Assembly (NCBI GenBank): GCA_049240965.1
Contig: JBMLRP010000056.1
Span: forward strand, 1,425-65,424
DNA from: Akkermansiaceae bacterium
GTDB taxonomy: Bacteria > Verrucomicrobiota > Verrucomicrobiia > Verrucomicrobiales > Akkermansiaceae
Length of the DNA: 64,000 nt
Direction: 5' to 3'
The notes beneath the pieces are model-generated. The model ran no database searches and had not been told where the DNA came from. It saw only the letters and a list, made by a program, of their open reading frames with translations. The translations under genes were made by a program, and so were the position numbers. The stretch's first letter is position 1. Each line of letters opens with the position of its first letter. This document shows positions 9,368 through 18,720 of this stretch, one piece after another.

Positions 9368-10285
9368 CTAACAAAGCACAGATTCACCTTCCAAAGGCAC
9401 CAGGACGCATTCGGAAACACCAAGTCGCTCAGCCTCCGCGAGCAAACGCCGCACCGGCTCATCGATGGGTTCATTACCCAAGGGAAATGTGCCGTAATGC
9501 ATGGGTATCATTTTCTTGGCCCCCAACTCGATGAAGGCACGAACAGCTTCCTCGGGATTCATGTGAACGTCTCGTCCACTGGGAGCCTCATATGCACCGA
9601 TGGGCATCAGAGCAACGTCGATATTGTGACGCTGACCAATTTCTGCAAAGCCGGGAAAATACGCGCTATCGCCACAGTGATAGACCGTGCGGCCACCAGC
9701 TTTGACGATGTAGCCACCGTAATCGCGGTGCGTATCATGAATGAATCTTGCACCCCAATGCAAAGCAGGCGTATGAATCACTTCCAAACCATCAAACTGC
9801 AAAGAATCCCAGACCTTCATTTCGTGGACCGCAGGAAAACCAAGACGCTTCACCAAAGTGGCGCTGCCCGTGGGCACCACCACTCCCGCAGTAGATTGTA
9901 GCGTCTTCAAACTTTTTTTGTGCATGTGGTCATGATGAGCATGACTGACCAGAACCAAATCTACCTCGGGCAACTCATGAAGATGCAGACCCGGTTCACG
10001 AATGCGTTTTAAAAATCCCAGCCAATTCGCCCAATTGGGATCGATGACAACGGAGCGGGAGCCGATCTCGACAAAAAAGCCCGAATGACCAATCCATGTG
10101 ACACGAACTTCTTGATCTCCCAATTCCTCACGCACGAGTGTTTTTGTCTGCCCCTCTCTCTTACGAAAAAAACCAGGAACCACATGCTGTCGGAGCATTT
10201 TCAAATTCCGTTGTGGCCAGCCTTTGGCGGGAAGCAATCCGCTGTAGTGCTCGGATTTTCGTTTTTTGATTTCCTTACCACTCAT
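9368..10285 (-). CDS. MBL-fold metallo-hydrolase
   Basis: Metal motif VLVSHAHHDH, later HCGDSAY and PMHYGTF. Start chosen at 10285 (MSGKEIKK) to avoid overlap with the divergent gene; 10198 is an alternative. Confidence 0.78.
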   Translation of the reverse strand: MSGKEIKKRKSEHYSGLLPAKGWPQRNLKMLRQHVVPGFFRKREGQTKTLVREELGDQEVRVTWIGHSGFFVEIGSRSVVIDPNWANWLGFLKRIREPGLHLHELPEVDLVLVSHAHHDHMHKKSLKTLQSTAGVVVPTGSATLVKRLGFPAVHEMKVWDSLQFDGLEVIHTPALHWGARFIHDTHRDYGGYIVKAGGRTVYHCGDSAYFPGFAEIGQRHNIDVALMPIGAYEAPSGRDVHMNPEEAVRAFIELGAKKMIPMHYGTFPLGNEPIDEPVRRLLAEAERLGVSECVLVPLEGESVLC

Positions 10286-10433
10286 TCGCTGATGCCGTTC
10301 AGTGTATCCGTTTGCAGAAAAAAAACAACCGGTAATCCCAGCGCGTGAATCAAACATCACCAAAACAAATCCTCCGTTTTCTGTCGTCAATGTCCGCGTT
10401 TGCCTCTATGGTCGCCGTAACAGCAACCATTTC

Positions 10434-11243
10434 ATGTCTCATAACATCCGCATCCTCTTTCTCGGCGACATCGTTGGCGAACCCGGTCGAAAAGCCGTAC
10501 AGCAACTTCTGCCTGAAATCAAACGTAGGGAAAACATCGATTTCACCATCGTCAACGGCGAGAACTCCGCAGCGGGACGCGGCATCACGCCAAAGATCGC
10601 CATCGATCTGCTCCGCGCAGGTGCCACCGTCATCACCACGGGCGACCACGTCTGGGATCAAGCAGAAATCGTCCACTATTTCCCCACCGAGCCACGGTTG
10701 CTGCGGCCGGGCAATTACCCCAAAGGCACTCCCGGTGCCGGCACTGTCATTCTTGATACCGAAAAAGGCAAAGTCGCCGTCATGCAGGCACAGGGTCGAT
10801 CCTTCATGCAACCGCCCCTGGAAAACCCTTTCATCTGGGCCGATGATGAAGCCCTGCGCCTGCATGAGCTGGGTGTCAAGATCGTGTTCATGGATTTCCA
10901 CGCCGAAACCACCAGCGAAAAAATCGCCATGGGTCGCATGCTCGATGGTAAGGTATCCGCTGTCGTCGGTACCCACACGCACGTACAAACGGCCGATGAC
11001 ACGATCCTCCCCCATGGCACCGCCTACCTCACCGATGCAGGCATGTGCGGACCGGATGACTCCGTTCTCGGCCGCGCCTGTGAGTCCGTGATATGGCGTT
11101 TCCGCAGCGGCCTGCCCACCCGCTTCCCCATCGCTAAAGGTCCCGTGCGCCTCTGCGGTGCCATTGTCGAGGTCGATTGCACCACAGGACACGCGGTGAA
11201 GTTTTCCCGCTTCAATCAATTACTCAATCACGGCGACATCTAA
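10434..11243 (+). CDS. ymdB: YmdB-family metallophosphoesterase (2',3'-cyclic-nucleotide 2'-phosphodiesterase type)
   Basis: ATG at 10434 gives MSHNIRILFLGDIVGEPGR; also GENSAAGRGIT, TTGDHVWD and FHAETTSEK motifs. The longer ORF-track start at 10302 overlaps the divergent MBL gene. Confidence 0.85.
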   Translation: MSHNIRILFLGDIVGEPGRKAVQQLLPEIKRRENIDFTIVNGENSAAGRGITPKIAIDLLRAGATVITTGDHVWDQAEIVHYFPTEPRLLRPGNYPKGTPGAGTVILDTEKGKVAVMQAQGRSFMQPPLENPFIWADDEALRLHELGVKIVFMDFHAETTSEKIAMGRMLDGKVSAVVGTHTHVQTADDTILPHGTAYLTDAGMCGPDDSVLGRACESVIWRFRSGLPTRFPIAKGPVRLCGAIVEVDCTTGHAVKFSRFNQLLNHGDI

Positions 11244-11252
11244 CATTTTCCT

Positions 11253-12125
11253 ATGAAAAAGCGGCCCTTCTACATCTGCGGCGCCACCGCGAGCGGAAAG
11301 TCCGGACAAGCACTGACCATGGCGAAGAAATGGGACGCGGAAATCGTCAATGCCGATGCTTTTCAACTCTATCGTGGTCTCGAAACGATCACTGCTGCAC
11401 CCACTCCCGAGCAACAAGCCATCGTCCCGCACCATCTCTACGGCGTGCTGGAGCCCCATGAAACCTGCGATGCAGGACGCTACCTACAACTGGCACAGCC
11501 TGTCATTGATTCCATCATAGCCCGGGGAAAAATCCCCATTATCACCGGTGGCTCCGGTCTCTATCTGAAATTTCTCACCCACGGTCCATCGCCGCTCCCT
11601 CGAGCCGCAGCCCCTTTGCGAGCAGAACTCGACGCTACTCCGCTGGAAGACCTCGTCGCCGAGCTTCAAAAAGTCGATCCCGCCGAAGCAGCACAAATCC
11701 ATCCGCAGAACCGCCGTTACATCAGTCGCGCCATCGAAATTTTTCGCCTCACCGGCATCCCCGCCTCCGCGCAACGCCGCAACTGGGAACACGTCGCTGC
11801 GGATAGAGAAAAAGACCTGAAAGGCATCGTCTTACAAATCCCCAGGTCCCTTCTGCACGAGCGCATCGCAACACGATGCATCGATATGTTAGAAAACGGT
11901 GCCATCGATGAAATCTCAGCTCATCGTCATCATCTGTCGGAAACCTGCCGCAAAGCCATCGGCATACCACAAATCATCGACCTGTTAGACAAAAACATCA
12001 GCCGCGACACCTGTCTCCAACTCATCATCCAAGCCACCCGTCAATACGCCAAGCGCCAAGAGACCTGGTTTCGCCGCGAGGCTTGGCTCACGCCCTTGAA
12101 ATGGGATGAAAACCCACACAATTGA
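11253..12125 (+). CDS. miaA: tRNA dimethylallyltransferase
   Basis: P-loop ICGATASGKSG, IVNADAFQLYRGL and HHLYGV motifs; 290 aa. Confidence 0.93.
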   Translation: MKKRPFYICGATASGKSGQALTMAKKWDAEIVNADAFQLYRGLETITAAPTPEQQAIVPHHLYGVLEPHETCDAGRYLQLAQPVIDSIIARGKIPIITGGSGLYLKFLTHGPSPLPRAAAPLRAELDATPLEDLVAELQKVDPAEAAQIHPQNRRYISRAIEIFRLTGIPASAQRRNWEHVAADREKDLKGIVLQIPRSLLHERIATRCIDMLENGAIDEISAHRHHLSETCRKAIGIPQIIDLLDKNISRDTCLQLIIQATRQYAKRQETWFRREAWLTPLKWDENPHN

Positions 12126-12275
12126 GCCTGGAGAAGCGCAAAACAAAAAACATTGGGATCCTAGTCGGACTGCCCGCCAATCATTCTCCCGAAAACACAT
12201 ATCGCAACCGCAGGAATATCCTTTTGATTTCCCTCTTGATTCCCTCGGCCTTAACGATGAAAATCATCGCACTGC

Positions 12276-14585
12276 ATGTCTGATCCTACTGTTTTTTCTT
12301 CTAACGACTCCGCCAAACACATCGCTCTCATTGCCCAGGAGACGGGTATTTCCGTTCACAGCGTCGCTGCGACTTCAAAACTGATTGCCGAAGGTGCTAC
12401 CGTTCCCTTCATCGCCCGTTACCGAAAAGAGGCCACCGGTGAGCTGGATGAAGTGCAGATCACTACAATCCGCGACTCAATGCTACGCCTTGTCGATCTC
12501 GATGCCCGCCGCGCCGCGGTTCTCAAATCGCTGGAAGAACGCAACCTACTCTCTCCCGAGCTGAAGAAAAAAATCCTCGCCTGTCAGACCATGACCTCGC
12601 TGGAGGATGCTTTTGCCCCATTCCGTCCGAAGCGACAAACCCGCGCCACCAAGGCCAAAGAACGTGGTCTGGAACCACTCGCGAATTTTCTGTTAGAGAA
12701 TCAAACGTCGAACGACGTTGAGATCGAAGCCGCAAAATACATCGATGCCGAAAAAGAAGTCACCACAACTGCCGAGGCCCTCGCTGGTGCGCGCGATATC
12801 ATCGCCGAGATCATTGCCGATGATGCCACATTGCGTGGTGAGGTTCGTAAGCTCTACGAAGCCGAGGCCATCGTTTCCTCAAAGATCATGTATGGCAAAG
12901 ACACCGAAGCCGATGCCGCGAAATTCCGCGATTACTTCGACTGGACCGAGCCACTGCGCAGCATCCCATCACACCGTCTGCTCGCAATTCGTCGAGGCGA
13001 AAAAGACGGTTTTCTACTCATGCGCATCGATGTCCCACTGGAACGCGTGGCAGGCATCGCTGTGCCGCAATTTGTCAACAGCCAGAGCGCTGCGGGCCAG
13101 CAAGTCCGCGAGGCCGTGGAAGACGGCTGCAAACGCCTACTCATGCCATCGATGGAAACGGAAATGCGTCTGAACTCGAAAAAAGTCGCCGATGCTACCG
13201 CAATCCAAGTGTTCGCCGATAACCTGCGCGAATTATTGTTAGCATCGCCCCTGGGTCAAAAGCGTATCCTCGCAATCGACCCCGGCTTCCGAACCGGATG
13301 TAAAACCGTGGCACTCGATGCCACCGGCACACTTCTTTACCACACCGTACTGCATATTACCGCAGGCTCGAATACCCAACAATATGAGGCCGCGAAGGAA
13401 ATGCTCACGATGATATCCAAATTCAAAATCGAAGCCATCGCTATCGGCAACGGCACCGCCTCACGCGAGACGGAGAGTTTTTGCCGCAAACTCAATCTCC
13501 CCTCCTCCATTCCCGTCGTCGTCGTCAATGAAGCGGGAGCCTCGGTCTATTCCGCATCGGATGTCGCACGCGAGGAATTTCCCGATCTCGATCTCACCGT
13601 GCGCGGAGCCATCAGCATCGGCCGCCGTCTGATGGACCCACTCGCCGAGTTGGTGAAGATTGATCCCAAAGCCATCGGCGTCGGGCAGTATCAGCACGAT
13701 GTCGATCAACGCGCGCTCAAAGCTTCGCTCGATGACACTGTCGTCAGCGCGGTGAATGCCGTGGGCGTGGAGCTCAACACCGCCTCGAAAGAACTGCTGC
13801 AATACGTCTCCGGCCTGAATCGTTCCCTTGCCGAAAACATCGTTGCTCACCGTGCCGCGAACGGTCCATTTCCCTCTCGCGAGGCATTGAAAAAAGTCCC
13901 ACGCCTGGGCGACAAAGCCTTTGAGCAAGCAGCAGGATTCCTCCGCGTCGCCGATAGCCCGCATCCGCTCGATGCGTCAGCCGTCCACCCGGAACGCTAT
14001 GCCCTCGTCGAGAAAATGGCCGCCGATCTCGGCTGCAACTTGCAGGATCTATTGACGATGCCCGAGCTACGCCAGAAAATCAAAGCGGAAAAATACGTTA
14101 CCGCCGAGGTCGGACTACCGACACTTAAAGACATTATTGCCGAACTCGCAAAGCCCGGTCGTGACCCGCGCAAGCAGTTTGAGCTTTTTTCCTTCGCCGA
14201 GGGCATCGAAAAACCCGCGGACCTCAAAGTCGGCATGAAACTGCCGGGCATCGTCACCAACGTGACTGCCTTCGGTGCTTTTGTGGATATCGGAGTGCAC
14301 CAGGATGGCCTCGTCCACGTCAGCCAGCTCAGTGATCAATTCGTTCGCGATCCCAACGAAGCCGTTAAAGTCGGCCAAAAAGTTCAAGTCACTGTTACCG
14401 AAGTCGATCTCGATCGCAAGCGCATCGCCCTCAGCATGAAGAGTAAACCCGATGCTGAGCGTCGCGGTGCGGGTAGCCATGATCGCGGCCACTCATCCAC
14501 TCCTCGTCGTGACAACCGTCCCAGTTCTTCTGCTCCCGGCAATGACTGGTTCACGCAGGCTCTGCAACAGGGGAAAAAGCGCTAG
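12276..14585 (+). CDS. tex: Tex-like transcription accessory protein (YqgF/HhH/S1 domains)
   Basis: PFIARYRKEATG near the N-terminus; C-terminal S1 domain GMKLPGIVTNVTAFGAFVDIGVHQDGLVHVSQL; 769 aa. Confidence 0.92.
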   Translation: MSDPTVFSSNDSAKHIALIAQETGISVHSVAATSKLIAEGATVPFIARYRKEATGELDEVQITTIRDSMLRLVDLDARRAAVLKSLEERNLLSPELKKKILACQTMTSLEDAFAPFRPKRQTRATKAKERGLEPLANFLLENQTSNDVEIEAAKYIDAEKEVTTTAEALAGARDIIAEIIADDATLRGEVRKLYEAEAIVSSKIMYGKDTEADAAKFRDYFDWTEPLRSIPSHRLLAIRRGEKDGFLLMRIDVPLERVAGIAVPQFVNSQSAAGQQVREAVEDGCKRLLMPSMETEMRLNSKKVADATAIQVFADNLRELLLASPLGQKRILAIDPGFRTGCKTVALDATGTLLYHTVLHITAGSNTQQYEAAKEMLTMISKFKIEAIAIGNGTASRETESFCRKLNLPSSIPVVVVNEAGASVYSASDVAREEFPDLDLTVRGAISIGRRLMDPLAELVKIDPKAIGVGQYQHDVDQRALKASLDDTVVSAVNAVGVELNTASKELLQYVSGLNRSLAENIVAHRAANGPFPSREALKKVPRLGDKAFEQAAGFLRVADSPHPLDASAVHPERYALVEKMAADLGCNLQDLLTMPELRQKIKAEKYVTAEVGLPTLKDIIAELAKPGRDPRKQFELFSFAEGIEKPADLKVGMKLPGIVTNVTAFGAFVDIGVHQDGLVHVSQLSDQFVRDPNEAVKVGQKVQVTVTEVDLDRKRIALSMKSKPDAERRGAGSHDRGHSSTPRRDNRPSSSAPGNDWFTQALQQGKKR

Positions 14586-14626
14586 ATCATTGAAAAACCG
14601 CCAATGGATTTGTGCGAATTTCCATC

Positions 14627-15532
14627 TCAGCCGCGTGGATGAAAAGTTCGATGAACTTGTTTGAGACGTTTTTGATCCACGTGCGTGTAAATCTGGGTTG
14701 TTGCGATATCCGCATGACCCAGCAATTCCTGTATGACCCGCAGGTCTGCTCCACCCTCAAGCAGGTGGGTGGCGAAAGAGTGCCGTAGCAAATGAGGATA
14801 AATGTTTTTGTCCAATCCCGCAGCAGCTGCTCGTTGTTTGACAATTTCCCTGACGCGCTCAGGAGATAAAGCTCCGCCACGCACCGAGAGAAAGATGTGA
14901 GATCCCGTGCGTTTTTTGACCAAATTCATACGAACGGAACCGAGGTAGTCATCCAGAGCCTTCCTTGCCATTTCACCCAAGGGAACAATTCTCGTTTTAT
15001 TGCCCTTTCCTCTAACTCGAAGAAAATTTTCCTGCACATCAAGCTGCTCCAAACGAATTTGACACAACTCGGACAGTCGTAATCCGGAGGAATAAAACAA
15101 CTCAAGAATCGCGCGGTCCCGCGAGCCGAGAGGATCTTTCGTATCAATACTTTCCAGCAGATGTCGACACTCCGATGCATGAAGAGTCTCAGGCAAAAGT
15201 TTCTCGGTTCGAGGCGCAAGAAGGGGTTCAGCCGGATCCATTGCGAGCCGACCTTTTCCTGATAGCCATCGAAAAAAAATTTTCAAGTGAACTGTCACGA
15301 TACGCAGCGATGAAGCTCCCAGGTTTTGCGCCTTGCGACTCGTTAAAAAAAGTGAAAGCTCGTCCGCACCCAAATCCTGTAATCCCATGTTGTGCGAATG
15401 ACACCATCGATGCAGCGAATCGAGTGATTGTCGAATCGAAAACTGATAGGCAACCGATAGACCGCGTTCCGTAGCGACAAACATGAGAAATTCATCGATC
15501 TCAGCGCCATCCCACGATGAAACAGTTTTCAT
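14627..15532 (-). CDS. xerD: site-specific tyrosine recombinase XerD-like
   Basis: RDRAILELFYSSGLRLSEL, GKGNKTRIVPLG, HLLRHSFATHLLEGGADLRVIQELLGHADIATTQIYTHV. The tail THVDQKRLKQVHRTFHPRG resembles the E. coli XerD tail more than XerC. Confidence 0.8.
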   Translation of the reverse strand: MKTVSSWDGAEIDEFLMFVATERGLSVAYQFSIRQSLDSLHRWCHSHNMGLQDLGADELSLFLTSRKAQNLGASSLRIVTVHLKIFFRWLSGKGRLAMDPAEPLLAPRTEKLLPETLHASECRHLLESIDTKDPLGSRDRAILELFYSSGLRLSELCQIRLEQLDVQENFLRVRGKGNKTRIVPLGEMARKALDDYLGSVRMNLVKKRTGSHIFLSVRGGALSPERVREIVKQRAAAAGLDKNIYPHLLRHSFATHLLEGGADLRVIQELLGHADIATTQIYTHVDQKRLKQVHRTFHPRG

Positions 15533-16299
15533 GGTTTTGGAGGTTTTGCCGAATTTCTACCAAACCGCGATGAAACTTCACCTTCATGGATCAATTCAAA
15601 CCCCTGCGCCATGGCCTGGCGTATGACTCCATTGGCGCTGATAGCCGATTTCATGGAAAAGGAAAGACCGCACGTTTCCAGACTTTGTGCCGTCCATACG
15701 TTGCAAATTCGCGGAAAGTAATAGGAATAATGACAATCCAACAAAAAACCGTTGCCCCAACTGGAATGACCGATGATTCGTGGTGAACCATCCTCACTGC
15801 TCCGATTGCTATGATTCAGAAAAGCAGCCAGCGTGCGCCCTCGTTCACGGGGGATTTCTTTGCGGTAAATACGCTGCTGATAACACACCTCCTCCACTTT
15901 CCATGATATCGGTATGATTTCCGTTACTGAGGGCGACGGCAAAACCAGAGCGTTGAAGACTTCTGTAGGACGCAGCCAGCGACGTTGCACATAAGCCACA
16001 CGGTCACCCCAGCTCATGACAACATACCTTTGGGGTCCTTGGGGGAATGCCAAGCCTTGTGGTGGATGGTAGCCGTGTTCTAACAACCAATCGTATGGAA
16101 CCGCGAGAGATGTGTGCAATGTATCAGCGATCAAATAGACCGCCACTTTGCCGGGAGATATCGATTCGCTAGGATTGGAGTGAGATTCCCTATCTTTCGG
16201 TGATGGGGGTGGACTCGGAAAACGAACAGCACAAGAAGTGAAAAAAAACATGCTGACGCTCAGAAGCAACAGCATGCGAATGAGAAAATTTTGCTTCAT
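15529..16299 (-). CDS. lipoprotein-like protein, DUF2459/TIGR02117-like
   Basis: Signal/lipobox region (LLLLSVSMFFFTSC). HTSLAVP, MSWGDRVAY and CNVWTAQSLETCGL resemble my recollection of DUF2459 motifs. Its stop overlaps the xerD start (ATGA at 15529-15532). Confidence 0.5.
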   Translation of the reverse strand: MKQNFLIRMLLLLSVSMFFFTSCAVRFPSPPPSPKDRESHSNPSESISPGKVAVYLIADTLHTSLAVPYDWLLEHGYHPPQGLAFPQGPQRYVVMSWGDRVAYVQRRWLRPTEVFNALVLPSPSVTEIIPISWKVEEVCYQQRIYRKEIPRERGRTLAAFLNHSNRSSEDGSPRIIGHSSWGNGFLLDCHYSYYFPRICNVWTAQSLETCGLSFSMKSAISANGVIRQAMAQGFELIHEGEVSSRFGRNSAKPPKP

Positions 16300-16373
16300 G
16301 GACGCTGCCGAAACATAACACCCCGATCGATCGCTGACGAGTGAATTCCTCGAAATTCAGATCCGATAGAAAC

Positions 16374-17378
16374 CTACCTGCGGGGATGCATGCGCAGCTG
16401 AATTCCTTTGCCCGATGTATCAATGTTCAGAGCATCCAATCGATCGCGGACGGGTGGTGGGGCAGCAGCTTTGTCCTGCGGAGTCTGATAAGGTCCAGAC
16501 CAGAGCAATTCTCCTTGTTGATCAAATACTTTTGCCTCGCAGGAATCTCCATCGCGACTGATCTCAATATTCCCCTCTGGATCCATCATTTTCAGGGTGC
16601 TTTTCATTTGCACATCAGCACCAGCAACCCCGGGTTGGATCTGCATCTGCATTCCCTGCATCATTTTCTCGACTCGTTTTTGCAAGTCCGGCATGCCATT
16701 GGCATCCAAAGGAATCACTTGTGCTCCGCCTGCCACGGCACCATCCGCCCCGAGGGCCTTGAGATTTTTCTCGATCGCATCTCTCATTTCCTTCGGCAGC
16801 CCCTTAAGCATTTGCTTTGGCAACAGTTCGTCATCCGCCACAGCACCATCCGCGCCAGCGACATCCATCGCAGGACGCGCGCCGAGTTGTATTGATTTTT
16901 CCTGTGCCGAGCCTTGATGAATGTAATTGATTTTCACTTCATCTCCGACGCGGTGTTTTTCGATCAAACGAGTCAGACAATCGTGACTTTTCACCTTGTT
17001 GCCGTCGACACTGACGATCACATCCGCTTCTTTCAGGCCCGCAACAGCAGCAGGCCCCTTTGGATCAATGACGCGAATCATGGCAGCCGAATTGACATCA
17101 AGTCCCAGATGCTCGGCAAGCGCCGGAGGCAGCGAATCAAGACCAAGACCGAGGTAGGCTTTCTCCTGGGCCACTTGAGGCATATCCTCCGCAGCTTTGG
17201 GTTGAGCGGGCGCGCTCTCTTCTGAGGAAACCGCTTTTTTCTCGGCAGGTGCTGGAGCAACTGCCGCAGATGGAGCTTGGTTGGGAGCCAAAGGTTCGAT
17301 CTTTTGCGGCGCCTCGAGCGCGGTAACGGACGTGATGGTGAATCCCAAGGCCATCATTGACATCATGTTAGTATTCAT
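16374..17378 (-). CDS. secreted PDZ domain protein
   Basis: Signal peptide plus a PDZ block (GLGLDSL...IRVIDPKGPAAVAGLKEADVIVSVDGNKVKS...GDEVKINYIHQG). Confidence 0.7.
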   Translation of the reverse strand: MNTNMMSMMALGFTITSVTALEAPQKIEPLAPNQAPSAAVAPAPAEKKAVSSEESAPAQPKAAEDMPQVAQEKAYLGLGLDSLPPALAEHLGLDVNSAAMIRVIDPKGPAAVAGLKEADVIVSVDGNKVKSHDCLTRLIEKHRVGDEVKINYIHQGSAQEKSIQLGARPAMDVAGADGAVADDELLPKQMLKGLPKEMRDAIEKNLKALGADGAVAGGAQVIPLDANGMPDLQKRVEKMMQGMQMQIQPGVAGADVQMKSTLKMMDPEGNIEISRDGDSCEAKVFDQQGELLWSGPYQTPQDKAAAPPPVRDRLDALNIDTSGKGIQLRMHPRR

Positions 17379-17427
17379 CTTGGTGATAGTTGTTGTTTGA
17401 TTTTATGGATATTGCGTCGCGTTCTTG

Positions 17428-18072
17428 TCAATCCACCTTTTCCGGGACAACAAAAAGCTCTTCACGGGGAATCAATAGCATACGGTCGACTCCGTTTTTA
17501 TCCCGCACGAGAACGCGATCCTGATATTGGAAACGAAGCACACGCTTGGGCTGATGGTCGGGCGTCCAAATGACTCCCTCATCTGCCGCGCGTTCCACTC
17601 CCGTGCCAAAGCTGGTCGCAACAATGCCTTCAGGAGATCGATTGACCGGACTTTGAGAAGGAGGATTCTTGGGTAATTCGCCAGCAATAACGGGCTTCTG
17701 CTTCGCTAGCGGCGTCCATACCGCGGCCAACGCGCCTATGGCAGCCATCGCCGCCATGGCGGCAGCACCAAACCAACGGCGTTTCTGTGATGCAACTTGA
17801 GCCATTTCCTTGCGAACACCGGGGAATAGAACCACTTTCTGGTCAACTGCGAAAGGCACATCCTGCACGATTGCCATGAACTGATCCAAAGAGGATGTTC
17901 TAATGGCGCGTGGGCGCAAATCGAGGAGTTGCGATTCCACGGATCGTATCGATGGATCTATCTCCACAGAGCCGCTCATGGCCTGCTCGAGACGATCCAG
18001 TGTGGACTCACTCAGTCCGCTGGGTTGCAGTGATCGGAGCAATTGTTCCAATTCTTTACGATTCGATTCCAT
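17428..18072 (-). CDS. putative anti-sigma factor (single-pass membrane protein)
   Basis: Sits 21 nt downstream of the ECF sigma gene. One central TM helix (WFGAAAMAAMAAIGALAAVW). No enzymatic motif. Confidence 0.5.
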   Translation of the reverse strand: MESNRKELEQLLRSLQPSGLSESTLDRLEQAMSGSVEIDPSIRSVESQLLDLRPRAIRTSSLDQFMAIVQDVPFAVDQKVVLFPGVRKEMAQVASQKRRWFGAAAMAAMAAIGALAAVWTPLAKQKPVIAGELPKNPPSQSPVNRSPEGIVATSFGTGVERAADEGVIWTPDHQPKRVLRFQYQDRVLVRDKNGVDRMLLIPREELFVVPEKVD

Positions 18073-18093
18073 ACAATAATTTTACCAACAATG

Positions 18094-18699
18094 TTAGAGT
18101 GAAAGGTCGCCTTTGGATTTTGATTCAATCAATTTTCGCTTGAGAATTTCCAATCCATAGCGGTAGCGTGAAGCTGCGGTGTTTTGGGAGATATTCAGCA
18201 TTTCACCAATTTCGGCAAATGTCTTATCGCCCCAAATTTTCAAAACGATGACCTCTGCGAATTTCTGGGGTAAATCTTTCAGACCACGTTCCAACTGCGA
18301 CCGGGTTTCTTCTTCCGAGGCATCAGACTCAAACCAGGGATCGAACTTCTGCGCCGCCTCTGATTCCATCTCATCGGAAACATAATCTTCACGCTTGCGG
18401 CGGCGGTCGTCCTTGCGCCCGAGGTCGATGGCAAGCCGACGGATCGTCGTGTAAAGATAGGCCATCCACATTTCCTGTCCGCCGTCGAAAGAAGCTGAAT
18501 TGATTTTTTCGACCAACTTGACCAAGGCATCCTGCAGAACATCTTCCGCGTCCTGAGCGTTACGCGTCTGATTTTTGGCGAATAAAAGCAAGCGCGGCCC
18601 ATTTGCCGTAAGCCAATCGCGCCAGGCAGAAGCAGAGGGTGATAAAGAGACGGCGGCACTCATCGGTGGATCAGGGTTCATCAACTCAGCGTCGTCCAT
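18094..18699 (-). CDS. ECF-type RNA polymerase sigma-70 family factor
   Basis: Region 2 (DAEDVLQDALVKL...YLYTTIRRLAIDL) and region 4 HTH (FAEIGEMLNISQNTAASRYRYGLEILKRKL). Confidence 0.85.
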   Translation of the reverse strand: MDDAELMNPDPPMSAAVSLSPSASAWRDWLTANGPRLLLFAKNQTRNAQDAEDVLQDALVKLVEKINSASFDGGQEMWMAYLYTTIRRLAIDLGRKDDRRRKREDYVSDEMESEAAQKFDPWFESDASEEETRSQLERGLKDLPQKFAEVIVLKIWGDKTFAEIGEMLNISQNTAASRYRYGLEILKRKLIESKSKGDLSL

Positions 18700-18720
18700 G
18701 GTGGATTTTGTTTGAAATTT

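Noticed and set aside
10350-11219. 289-aa minus-strand ORF opposite the YmdB-like gene. Similar long antisense ORFs occur at 29506-30426, 42037-42930, 39314-40033, 2628-3347, 5649-6305, 13461-13964, 51476-52093, 55124-55834 and 30869-31414.
   Set aside because: Each is embedded antisense or out of frame within a gene with strong family motifs. None has a recognisable domain, signal peptide or its own intergenic context.
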